From Lingula anatina (Eukaryota > Animalia > Brachiopoda): a stretch of DNA of 64,000 bases. Below are positions 1 through 13,000 of this stretch, in pieces (position 1 is the first letter of the stretch; every line of letters begins with the position of its first letter). Made by a program: the position numbers and the translations under genes. The notes beneath the pieces are model-generated. The model had not been told where the DNA came from and did not search any database. It worked only from the letters and a program-made list of their open reading frames with translations. Where the stretch lies: positions 2,356,001 to 2,420,000 of the forward strand of contig CM120643.1 of the NCBI GenBank assembly GCA_051362555.1. Direction: 5' to 3'.

Positions 1-212
1 CAAAAAAAAAAAAAAAACCCAACAAGTCAAGATTACACACCCAGTTAGATCTGCCTTGGTTACGTCACAGTTGTACAAATTCAGCCAGACTCACTAACTG
101 GAGTCATTGTACAGTTAATTATTACACACTTGTTGCTCATTTAATCATCTGAGGAAAGTCATTCCTGAATTCCTTGTACACTGTGCCTGAGTTTAGAATT
201 GGTCAGCTGTTA

Positions 213-3200
213 TCATGAAGCTGAAGGGTCTATTCTTTTTGTTTCAAAACTGATGACCTGCAAGGCAGATAAAAAATTAATTCACAAAAGGTGATTAAAA
301 ATTTTAGTAAACGGTCCGAGTGCACGTCCCACATTCCATGAATTTTAACAAGAATCAGCAAAAGCAAAATACAATCTTACTCAATGACAGAGTTTTTTTA
401 TCATATGATTTTTTTCTTAAAGCAGCTAATAGCAAATATTTTCTGATGCACATAGAATTCCTTCCATATGTAATTAAAAAAAAAAAATGAAAAAAAAAAA
501 TCACCTGTTTCACGTGATCTTCAGCAATTTTCTTCATTTCTTCCTTCAGATTTCTCGAAGTGGTTAAATCCTGGAAAAAAAACAAAAGAATGTTAACATA
601 ACAAACTGTAAAATAATACATCTTTAAACTATAAAGCATAATGTTGATCAGAGTGATAGAAAGCATAAACATCTTTGAAATACCTAAAAAGAGATGAACA
701 TCTCCTTTAATTAATTAATATAAAATTGGAAGTATTGTAAATGATAATAATGTGACAGAAAAATCCAACCATCAACTTATTATTTATTGGGGTTCAATAA
801 ATCAGCTGGACTTTTTATAAGAATCAGAAATTATGCTGCGTTAGAGATGGACAGCTGACAACTTATAGCATTGTTCTATATGAAACTTGCCGACATATTT
901 TTATTATTGCTTAACAGGTATAAAGTTATGGCAAAGAGGCAATAAGATGGTGAAATCTGGACAAAATATGGGTTAACATGGTTCATTTTCACAAATTAAT
1001 TCAAACTCTGAAATGCAATGGTTTATGTCACCTTCAACAAACACTTAGCTGACGAAGTCTCCCACAGACGGTCAGTAGGGGCAGCTGTCAGTGGTCAGTA
1101 CTCACCATAACGTACATCTTGGTCAGTTTATAAAGCCGTGTCTTGCAGGACGCATAAAGAGAGTGGTCAGCTGTTATACCATTAGCTACCAGAGTGGCTG
1201 TGACAATCTCCTCCAGTTTCTAGGTGAATAAATGAAATGGAAAAATGTACATCATTAAAATAACTTTTTCCACAGGTGGTCATCATGAGAATTGGACAGG
1301 TATAAAGATGTTGCATTTTTTGACATATTTATCCCGAAAGAGACTGCAAGTGAGAACTACTTGGAAGCCACCTAAACTTCACTGCTTTTCAAACAAAATA
1401 TTTTGTTTTGAAAAGCGCATGAAGAAATATGTTAGCAATGAAAGTAAAAAATCTAGGTCTTTTCATTTTTTTTCATTTCTATTAATTTTTATCCACTGAA
1501 GTACTCAGATAATGTGATGCATAGGAAGTAACAGAGATTTTTTTTCATTTTTTAAATATATGATTATAATTTTATTTATTATCTATTTATTTAGTTATTT
1601 TTGCAAACAGTTTCCAAAAAAAGAACTTCTAACTAGATGTCCAAATTGTACCGACTAGTATTGTAAATTATTTTGACTAACACAAAGAAAATGACAAAAA
1701 AAAAAAAACAAACATTTCTCACCCTCCTGTGTCTCTCTGATCTGGACTCTCTACTGACTGGCTGGGATGATGACTGGGCTTTGGCAGACATCTTGGATTG
1801 TGCTGCCAAATCTTCTCTACCAGAATCTCCTCTGGAAAATGCCAAAATTATCAGGTCTTATGATATAAATATCCTATTACTAATCTCAACCTGGCATAAG
1901 CAATTTTCAACACTAAAGAAATATAACTGACCTTCTATTATTCAAGAGACACAAATTTTATCAATAAAATGCACTAGTGGGCTGGATTTGGTCTTAAAGT
2001 GCAATTTAAGATCACAAATGATCTAACATCTACTTAAGTAGTCAAGCAGCTTCCTCCCTTCACAAAGGGGGATACCTCTCCTTACAATAGAGGACACCTA
2101 TGCTCACAATAGGAGAATGTGTAAGGGGAGACAACTTAATTGGCTGTCAGTGCAGAAATGGTATTACTCATGGTTTAAGATCATGTAAGACTATTTGTGA
2201 TCTTAAATTGCACTTTAAGACCAAATAAAGCCCACTAGTGATGGTATGTGTAATTTGATTGCACAGTTTATTTAAACTATTAAAGGTAGCCATAACTAGT
2301 AACAGTCAAAAATTGATAAACATTTATTTTTGATTGCTATTAGCTCAAAAAAGATCTTGAACTAAATTTGGTTCAAATGCATTTAAAATACCTTCTCGTA
2401 TCCTTTGGTTGACATGCAGCTTTCTTTCTGTCAGCTGCTTTTACTGGCACAAGTATCTTTCTCTTTCTTGCAGACATCTGCACAGGATCTTCCAAGGCGC
2501 CGCCATCTTTGCTCTTTCTTATGGACTGTCTTACTGCCTGCAGGCCATTTTTATCCATACTAGGAGCAGCTTCCCCAATCTGCTTCCTTTTTCCTCTCTT
2601 GGTAACATCATTTGATAACTTTTCTTGCTCCTTTAGGTCTCTTTCTTTCTCTCTCTTAGCTGCATTGGTCAGTTGAGCTATGGTGACCGGCTGACTTCTC
2701 TGATGGACATTGCACGTTGATCCAGTTTCATTCCCGACATATCTGCTCCGAATACGATTTGCTTTCTGTTCTTTCCTTTCTGCTGTGGTGTCATCGTTGT
2801 TGTAACTGTAAGAAAGGCAATAAAGATAAGTTTGCTCTCTCCTAATAAATAGAAATTCAATTTGCAATGTTAGCTGGAATAGGAAGATCAGTTCTGTCAC
2901 AAAAAATAGTACAGTATCTTCCCCTCAGTTTTTGCTCTAATGAAGGTCTTCATGACCATTTCTTCTATTAAATACACATAACAGAGGACTTGGCATAGCT
3001 CAAATATTTTGAGAAAGGATAATTTTTTCAAGTTGTACAAAGATTTAAGTCAGGTATAATGTACGCGTTACTAATTATAACTTTTATCTAATATTAAAGA
3101 ACAAAAATTATTCCAAAAGATTTGTTCACGGTAAACAATTATTAAAGTGTCAAATTAATCAATAGGAATGTTTTACTTTAAGAAACTATGACTTAAAAAA

Positions 3201-3695
3201 CAGTATTTGTGAAATTCACAATTTTCCCCATTGAAAAATGGAGTCACCACCATATATTCAATATTGATGATATACTGACTACATAATACAAAAATTATTC
3301 CAAAAGATTTGTTCACACAATAAACAAAGATCAAGGTGTCAAATAACAGGGAATCTTCTGTACAAAAGGACATATTCAATACTGATGATATACTGACTAC
3401 ATATCATGGAAGCATCTCCTCTTCACCTCCGGCCACCTCATAGTGGACACTGTGTCAGGGTCCAGTGACCCATCCACCTGGTGTGACTGCTTACTTCTAC
3501 CCTGAGATTATACATAGGTACAAGTTAATATATCACACTTAGCAAAATATTCACACCCATCTTTCCATAGGAAATAATCATAGATTTGACTACAACAAAT
3601 ATGGATATAATGGGACCTCAGTTGAAAATATTCTGTGAAATGAAATATTTACAATCATGCTTGGAACAACCTGGCAGTTTAAAAACAACGTGAAA

Positions 3696-3738
<43 letters not shown>

Positions 3739-3992
3739 AGGAACTATTCTGCAAATATTTACTCACAAAATGTACTGGCTTCAAGTTATCAGCTACACTG
3801 CTGCCATCTGCCTTGAAATATTTCAGGAATTCACTCACATCTAATGTCACAGCTGCAAATAAAATAGAAGTATGTGAGTAATGTGCCTGTCCTTCCAAAC
3901 ATGATATCCCATATTTAACTTTTTTTTTGCATTTGGTGAAACCTTTTTTTTCATATTTATACCACTCAATGACATATATTCTGTTTGCACAA

Positions 3993-4042
<50 letters not shown>

Positions 4043-7000
4043 TAATAAAATAGAAATAATATATATATACATATAAATAAATAAATAAATAAATACTGGA
4101 AAAATACCAGAGCTGGTAAAAGTGAGAGTTACATTTAGATCTCAATAAAATGTTTGTATAATTGTAACTACAAATATGCTGACTTTAGCCTAGACTAAAA
4201 ACCAAGCCACCCTTAGGCTGCTTTCAGAACATTGGACTAACTAGTCCGAGGGTCAAATATGGCGCCCCACTACAAAGCTTGCCATCGAATCTGCTAATAG
4301 ACATTGAACAGTTTCCCTGTGGGGAAATATTGAAGTGGGTCAGCCATATTTGACCCTCAGACTAGTCAGTACCCTATTCAGAATGGAGCCTTACAGTCAT
4401 CTTTGGCAGGTGGCATGAGTCCCCCCAGACTGTCTGTTGACTTATATCTCTGTATCTTCTTCACAGTGTCTTCCACATGGAGCAGAGCTTCTTTCTCTAA
4501 CCACTGATCAGGTTCAACAGCCAACTCTGAAACAAAACAATTCCCCTTTAGAAAAATGAAACGTTTGCAGCAATATTGCAGCAAAGCTGTAAACTAAAAG
4601 TTTGCCGCAACCAGTTTGCGAGAAAAATTTGTGTTGCTGCTACTTTGCAGCAAACTTGCAAGAGCATCCTACATTTCCAGTAAGTTTGCTGAAGGTCTAT
4701 AAATTGGACAAAAAATTAAAACAAAGTTATTTGCAGGGGAGAAGACAATCTTCACTTTCAAATGGCTTCAATATAAATTTTGGAGTCAAATTAAATAAAA
4801 AAAAAAGAAATCTATAATGGTAAAAATGTTAGTGTAACATTATAACAAATCTCACCTCACTATCATCTTTAGTTCCTTCAATGGCCATTAAAATTTATTT
4901 TATCAATTCTATTGTAAAATTTGTTTCCTGTGATGAACTTACACAGTACAGTATGACTCCATTTTTTCAATGGACAAAAATTATGAAACTGTCAGGTATA
5001 TAATTTTATTATCAAAAAATTACATTTCTATAAAGCATTTTTTGTGGTGCTTTTGCTGCAGAGAAAAGAACTATAGAGTAGCCTGCTTTTTTAAGTTGTT
5101 GCTTCCACTTAATAGGAGTGAGAAATCTATTAAGAAATTATAACCTTAAAACATACACTATATATAAAATACACAATTTTCCCCCACTGAAAAGATCGAG
5201 TCATTACATATATGCGTGAAAAGAAACAGAGCAGTTGTTAGCAAAATTACCTGAGAATGAATCTTTGGGAAGAAGTTTCACATCTTTAATAATTGTCCTG
5301 GGGAAGACACCCTGCTGGCTGACAATACTGAGACACTGTTTTCTCACTTCAGAGAGCAGCTTCAACAGCTCTGAATAAGCCATTTTTGTCGACTGTCCTT
5401 CTGCTTGCCTGAACTCTAAATCAAAATGAAGAGACTTTGTTATTGGATCAGGGCCAAATTCTTGGAAAATGTACTGCAATAACATATTTTTACAATACGT
5501 GTCTACAACAATTGTTCCTTTTATTAATGTTCATGTTACTATAAATACCTGTTCCAATTTATCAAAATTTCACGTCATGAATTACATCAAGTATTTTTAA
5601 TTTAATTTTGTCATGAACATATGATACTAGTCACTATGAGTCTACATTTTACTGTTCTTTACTGGCATAATATTTTTGACACTTTGTTCATAGTCACCTT
5701 ATATCAGTTTTTAATCATATTATTTCAGAATTGCTGATTTACAAATATGGCATAATTTTTCATCCTTGCCCCTCCCCCCAAATCTGGGTGTGCCTTTCCT
5801 CACCTATCCACTGTTTCAACACCGAAGCCTGTGCATCCGCTATCTTGGTTTCAATTTTGACCAGTGAATCTGGAGAATACTTGGGCTGACTTGATAACAA
5901 TTCTTTCACATGTTGTTCAATTTCAGGTGAAATCAACCAGTATGACCCAGTTTTGCTTTCACTTTCATTATCTGGTGTCTTGACATTGTGGGTAATTCCT
6001 CTTCCTGTCTGGGAACTTTTACCAGCCACTTTTCTGACATCTTGAATAATTCCACTTTTCCTTAATGCATTTGCAAAGTTTATTTCAGTCCCTAAAGTAT
6101 CTGATATTTTTTCCTTAGCTTTGTTATCTTCATTCTGCTTGCGATTCATCTGCCTGTCTATTTTAATTAAATCATCTACAATTGCTCCATTGATGTCTGC
6201 AGGTTTTTTCATCAAGTAAGCAAAGCAATAGTCCATATTAAGAGTGTCGTCTGCTGAGTGGCTACAGGATGACCCATCCTCTGCAGACAACAGGAGGAAG
6301 TTGTGATAGTCTGTGCTGCCTGACAGTTTGACTATGCTATCTTCTGCTAAAATAACAAATTAATTAATTATTTAATTAATTAATTAAAATTCATTTAAAA
6401 GGAATTCAAATCCAACTAGATAAAGTAATTTGACTAATTTAAAAGAGACTTGGGAAAGGAAAGGTGTTAATTGACATTACGGTACCCGTCACACTGTCAC
6501 GTTACCTGTCTCACTGTCATGTCACCTGTGACATTGTCACATAATCTGTCATACTGTCATGTTACCTGTCTCACTGTCATGTCACCTGTGACATTGTCAC
6601 ATAATCTGTCATACTGTCATGTTACCTGTCTCACTGTCATGTCACCTGTGACATTGTCACATAATCTGTCATACTGTCATGTTACCTGTCTCACTGTCAT
6701 GTCACCTGTGACATTGTCACATAATCTGTCATACTGTCATGTTACCTGTCACACTGTCACATAATCTGTCATACTGTCACATTACCTGTCTCACTGTCAC
6801 GTTACCTGTCATGTTACATTGTCGTGCCCCTGTCACACTGTTATGTCACCCTGACATATTACCTGCTCCATTCTCATGTCACCTGACACCTTATCATGTT
6901 ACCTGTCATCTTACCTGTCACGTTGTTGATGACTCTGTTCATCCAGGTCTGGGTGTCCACTCTGAGGTCATCAATGGGGGGGTCAGTGCTGTGGCCAAAG

Positions 7001-10000
7001 GTCAGACGTACTATTGTACCAAACTGAAATGAAAGTAATGGGCAAAGCTTTGAAATAAAAAGTAAACTAACTGGCACGCCATGATTTTTTTCTTAAAAAA
7101 CGTGGCACATGTAGAAAAGAAATGTTCATCTTACTTTACTGGGTATGTATGCATGATAAGCTGTATTTTCATAATAATCTGAGTAGGCATTTACTTCACG
7201 TTAACGTTGGATAAATACAAGTCAAAGTATAATGGATGCTCACCTCTTTTCTTTTATTGATCCTCTCTAGAAATGCCTGAGAAGAAGAGTTGGCATCAGA
7301 AATTTTGGACATTAAACTTCTGATGGAGCATGTTAAGGTTATCAAAGGCAAAGTTTTCAATAAATACATTAAGTGGCAGGTTCTAACCCCCCAAACCCCA
7401 ATGGCTACCAGCCTGAACCTGAACTGACTACCTACTCCAGTGACTAAAATCTTTACTGGTGAAATAAAGATAAACACATTCTTGACTCCTAATACATAGT
7501 GAAATGCAAAAATAAACTGCTGTGGCCTTAGACGAGAGACAACTGAGTCACTGATAAGATAACTGTTATAACTCTGCTGAACACACATTCATAGGCCATT
7601 CTCTCCAACTAGTTTACTGCTGAAAAGAGATAACTGCTCTACATAAAACAGTTTGCTACACGCCCCCAAGATGGCTACAGCTCGTGATGACAGAGATGAA
7701 GAAGAAAGCCTACGGGCCAAAATAACTGAATATTTTGTCAGCTGTCCATTATGCCTTGAGGAGTATAAGGACCCGACAGATTTACCATGTAAGCATACAT
7801 TTTGTAAGGGTTGTCTGAAGGACTATATTCCTGACATAACACCAGGAAGTAAATTCAGATGTCCCGTGTGTCAGAAAGAAACTGAAGTTACTAAAGATGG
7901 ACTTGAGGGCTTCACTCACAATTTCTTCATTGAAAGCTTGCAGGACACTGTACTTCAGTCAACACATAAGAAAAAGTGCAGCTCTTGTGCTTTGGTGTCC
8001 CAAACTGAAACAGTGGCTACTTCAAAATGTATCACCTGCCATGACTACCTATGTGAGAGATGTTCTCCATTCCACTGTGGTAGTAGACTCACTAAAGATC
8101 ACAGGGTACTCACTTTTCAACAACTTCGTAGCAGTGAGTATCAAAAAGAAATCCAAGAGCAGCAGAAGATTATCTGCCCAGAGCACAAAGGTGAGATGAT
8201 ACGATACTTTTGTTCAGACTGCAGTGTCCCCATTTGTCGTGACTGCAAAAATCTACACCATGATGGCCACAAACTTATCTCCCTTGAAAAAGCTGCAGAG
8301 ATGGTTAAGCCAAAACTTGAAAACAAATGTCATAACCTTGAAAGAAAATTAGCAACAGGAGAAAAAACATTAGTTAACACTGACAACACTCTGGCAAGCC
8401 TGCTAGAAAATGAAAGCTCTGTTCAGCAGCAGATTAAAGCTCATGCATCTAAAACACGTCAACTGTTAGATCAACAAGAGCAGACCTTACTACAGGAGCT
8501 TCACAAAACCAGCAGCAGTCACAGGAAGAATTTACAAACTTCCTATGAGAACTGCAGTGCCACTTGCTCCTCTATCAAAACCACAACAGATGTAGTAAAG
8601 AACATCCTTCAGCATGGTGCCCCCATAGATGTCCTAATGTTACAACACCAACTTGGACAGAGACTAGATGAGCTACAGTCCGCTTTAGCTGTGGAAGAAA
8701 CTCCTGAGGAATTAATCCTTACACTAACCACCGACACTGAAGTAGACCAAGAGATATCCAGTGGGGCTGGCCTGGGGAATGTGAAGGCTTTGCCCAAGAT
8801 CAAACCACAGGCTGAATGTATGCTGGAGTTTGACACTGGCTGTGAGAGTCCACTGGACATTTCATTGAGTCCAAACAGGGAGTATGTTACTACACATGGC
8901 ATCAATAACAAGGTCAAGGTTTTAAGTTCAGATGGTACATCAAGGCAAGAGATCACAAGGGTCTCAGACACACAGCTGAAATGTCCAGTAGGGATCTGTC
9001 ACTTCCCTGATGGAAGGATGGTTCTATCTGATGTAGACAATAACAAACTGTTCATCCTGTCACCACAGTGGGAAGTACAACAAACTGTAGATGTCAGCAG
9101 CCCATATGGTGTGGCTCTCAATAACAGCTGCACTAAGATTGCTGTGGCACAGTTTATAGAAAAGTCTGTGAGTGTGTTCAGTATTGACATCAAAGGGAAA
9201 ATAACTTTAACTGAAATGATAAAGGATAAAGAAAAAGAACAGTTGTTTGATAAACCATATAAAGTGGCACATATGAGCAATGGGTGCCTTGTTGTTAGTG
9301 ATACATCACCAAACAAACTTCACATCCTAACCCCATCTGGTGACCCACTGTATCAGTACACAGGACCTGATAACAAGTTAGGTAACATTCGTGGTATCTG
9401 TGTTGATGCCTATGACAACATACTGATTACAGATATCATTCACCACTGCATACACCTTGTATCCCCAGATGGAAAGTTCATCCAGTACATAGCAACTGAA
9501 GCTGATGGACTAGAATACCCATGGGGATGTACCATCAACCAAGATGGAGATTGGTTGTGACTCAATGGAATGGGAAAGTGAAAGTATTCCAATACCTTGA
9601 AAAATGACGTTATTTAAAATGCTCAGAAACTGAACAATGTTCAGTTTTCTGTCATGATTCTAATTTTTCAAAGAAAAGAGTACATAATGACATACAAATC
9701 CAATACTGACAGAGACTTGTTTGTAATCAAATATTCAGCTTTTATATCATGAATGACAAAATATAATTACAGCATCTCATAATGAATGAAAAAGAAAATA
9801 AAATGACCACCCTGTAATACAAATACAATTTTTTTTTATCTAAAGGGACGGATGTACCCAAATATAGCTAAAAATGGTCATTTTTGTTTTTTTTGTCTAA
9901 TTATTGGTTAAATGTGTATCTAACGTTTAACAGAATAAAATTTTTACATTTTGAACAAAAAATAGGTTTTTCCTGAGGATTCTGATGCTGCACACATCGG

Positions 10001-13000
10001 CACTGATGGCCTGGTCAATGCCCCGCCTTCGTTGTCAAGGGCCGTTGACAGGGGTAAACTCGGTGGGCAGACCTTAGCAGTATCAGCTCTACTAGAGAAA
10101 CAATAGAACAGGGATGCCTCATAACCCCTTTGTCATAAACAGCGATTGGCAAAGCAGTGCCTATTGTTCTGCTTAATCTGTTTTGATAGTCACTCTTGAT
10201 TGTGATCACGCTAAGATTAATCTTTTCCGACACATTGGATTTGCTCGAAATATGTGTTCTCCTTGAATTGCTTGTTGTTACATGTGCTCTTATGATTTTC
10301 TTGTTAACTTTTTGAGATATGCAAAAAAAAAAAAAGAAAATTCCTTTGCTTGCTACCCGTGACAGCAACCGTCATACTGAATCCAGGGGCGTAACCAGAC
10401 CTTAAAAAATTGTACGCACAGATTTTAAAAATTCCCAGCAAAATGTAGACTAACGCATGAGATGAAGGACAGCGTAATTACAGCATATCAGGGCCGTAGC
10501 CTGAGCAAAATGCCAGGGAGGGGGGGCAGTAAGCGAACACGAGGGGGGAGGGTGTGGGAGGGGGTTTCCCCCTCCCATGGTGTGGAAATTTTTTTAAAAC
10601 TGTATGTATAATACTGCATTCTGGAGCATTTTAACTGTTATTTATTGCTCAATCAGAAGTCAGAAATTGTGGGTTCATTTTGCCATAAGTACAGTCATTT
10701 TTTCAACACAACACGCCAATTGGACTTCATTTCCTAAGGGAGGGTGAGCATTTTGGCATGAACTGAGTTGGCTAAAAACAGTACACCTTTGTAATCATAT
10801 TGTTGAATGATTGTCTAGTGGCCATGAGTGCATTTTCTCACAGAATTGATACCAACTTTGCAATTATTTTTTTACCTCTGCGATTATTATTATTATTAAA
10901 TTTTTTTTGCACCTCAAATCCAGGGGGGGGGCAGCTGCCCCCACTGGCGGCTACGGCCCTGCATGTGTACGACACATCGCAGCTTAATTTCCATTAATAA
11001 TAAAATCATCATTTAGTCAGAAATATTCTCGCAATCAAAAAAGTTTCAATATTCTTAATACCCAGAATGGTATATTTATTTAAAAGGAGGCTAGCTTCGC
11101 ATATGTGGAACCCCCTTCGAAAAATCCTGGATCCACCTCTGAGTTGAACCAAGGAGTTATAACTCCTTGGTTGAACTAACATACGGTTTCATTCACCTTA
11201 CATGTGGATGCATGGCTCCCAAAACCAACCAATTGTACGACACGACAGAGCTCTGATACATCTAAGTTTAATTATTTGTTTGTAAAAATTGCCCATGTCA
11301 CCCTGTTAGTTTGGAGGGGTAAGCTGGGTCAAGTCCGTGTCAAAATTCTTTGAAGTTTTGCAGGAAAAATTCTTCCTTTGTTTCTCTAGCTCCTTCTTAA
11401 ACCTGGTGTCCAGATTTTATCTAGTGTCCTCAGGGTTGCGGGATCGAGCTGCTCTTTGAAAATAACACTCAGGCAGATTTTTACCTGAGATAAATATCGC
11501 CAGTGGTAATGCGCTTGATATTCTGAAGAAAGATTGTACAGAAGAGTTGAGGGCCACTGAACCCTCCAATTAAGAGGTAAAGGAAGTTCCAGTTATATGG
11601 ATGATTAAGATAGGACTTGTTAAGGTTACAGGCATTGTTAACCTCAGTTTGCAAGACAGGGAGGGGGGGGGGTGTGTCAGAACAATTGTGCCTATACAAT
11701 TGATACAGAGGATTTGTACTTACAGGTGACTTAAATAAGCAGAGGATTTTCTTTTATATTCCGTGAAAAATACATTAAATTTATATAAAATAATATCATG
11801 GTTGGCCAAAAAATTGTACGCACAGTGCATCCGTGCATATGCCTAGTTACGCCCATGGAATCTATGCAAGTTGGGCAATGTGGTCCGATCGGCATCCTGT
11901 AACATGACCGTGTTTTTTAACCATTTTTCGCTTGGAGAATGTGGACAAGACCGCCTGCCATGCTGCTATTGTGTGCACATCCTAGAGCGCATCCCTTACA
12001 CTTGCCCCAACAGCAATTGACGTGGCCACTGATTGCTTGAGACATTAGGCCTTACTTGATTGCCTGTCAATCATTCTGGTAGTGCTAGCGGTAAACCCTT
12101 GAAGTTACTAACAGGAGGTGAGATTGATACAAAAATAAGATTTTCTGACATCCAAATGCATGCAAACAAGCTAATTTCAACCGGCAATAGAATACCCATC
12201 TTTGCGATCGTCAAAACGATAACAGGTAACGTTATCAACAATTTAATTTGCTATTTTGGACAATTAACCTCCCTGAAAGGGTTTTTGCTCGTTTTCTATG
12301 CTTTCAACAATGATGAGATAGCGTTATCGTAGCAAGCTATAACTGTCTACCTGTACACCTGAGGGAGACCAAATTCACCATGTTAATTATGAAAAGTATG
12401 CACTAAAAGTGTTTTTTAAGAAATTTTGATTTATCATCTCTTTTCTTATTCATAGACTTTGAAAGTGAAAATTCCCTAATATTTTGATGTAATTTCACGT
12501 TTTTATAAATAAAATCAACAATAAGTTTCTAAAGAAAAATCCCTGACTCTATCCTGTAGTACTTTGTTCAAGTGTTATAATGCCATTAAAAGCAAGTTTA
12601 TAGCTGTCCAGGTGCCTGAGAGAATCGTGTTTTTGTCCCCAAAATCCCAATATTACGTCACACGATAAAGTTGGAGCTGTGTTCAAAGCATAATTAGATA
12701 TTTTGAAGATACATTTAATGAATATGACAGGAATAAAAAAGCTAAGACCTTTATTTAAGGAGAAAATCTCAAACCTACATCCGTCCCTTAAAATGATGAA
12801 ATACTCAGAAGTGAAAATGAAAGAAAAGACAGAAGCAAAAAGAACAGTTTGTGATATGTGACAGGATCCAGAGATGTTTTCCGAGTCTTCCATATTATAT
12901 TTGCTGATCCATCCTCTATTTTCTACCATCTTCCAATAGAAAAAAAACAGATACCCGTCAATGTAAACTTGAAATTCTGACCGTCTTCCGGAAGACCTAG

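Noticed and set aside
6471-7032. Cys/His-rich repetitive ORFs
   Set aside because: Translations of the 60-bp minisatellite, antisense to an MTBP intron.
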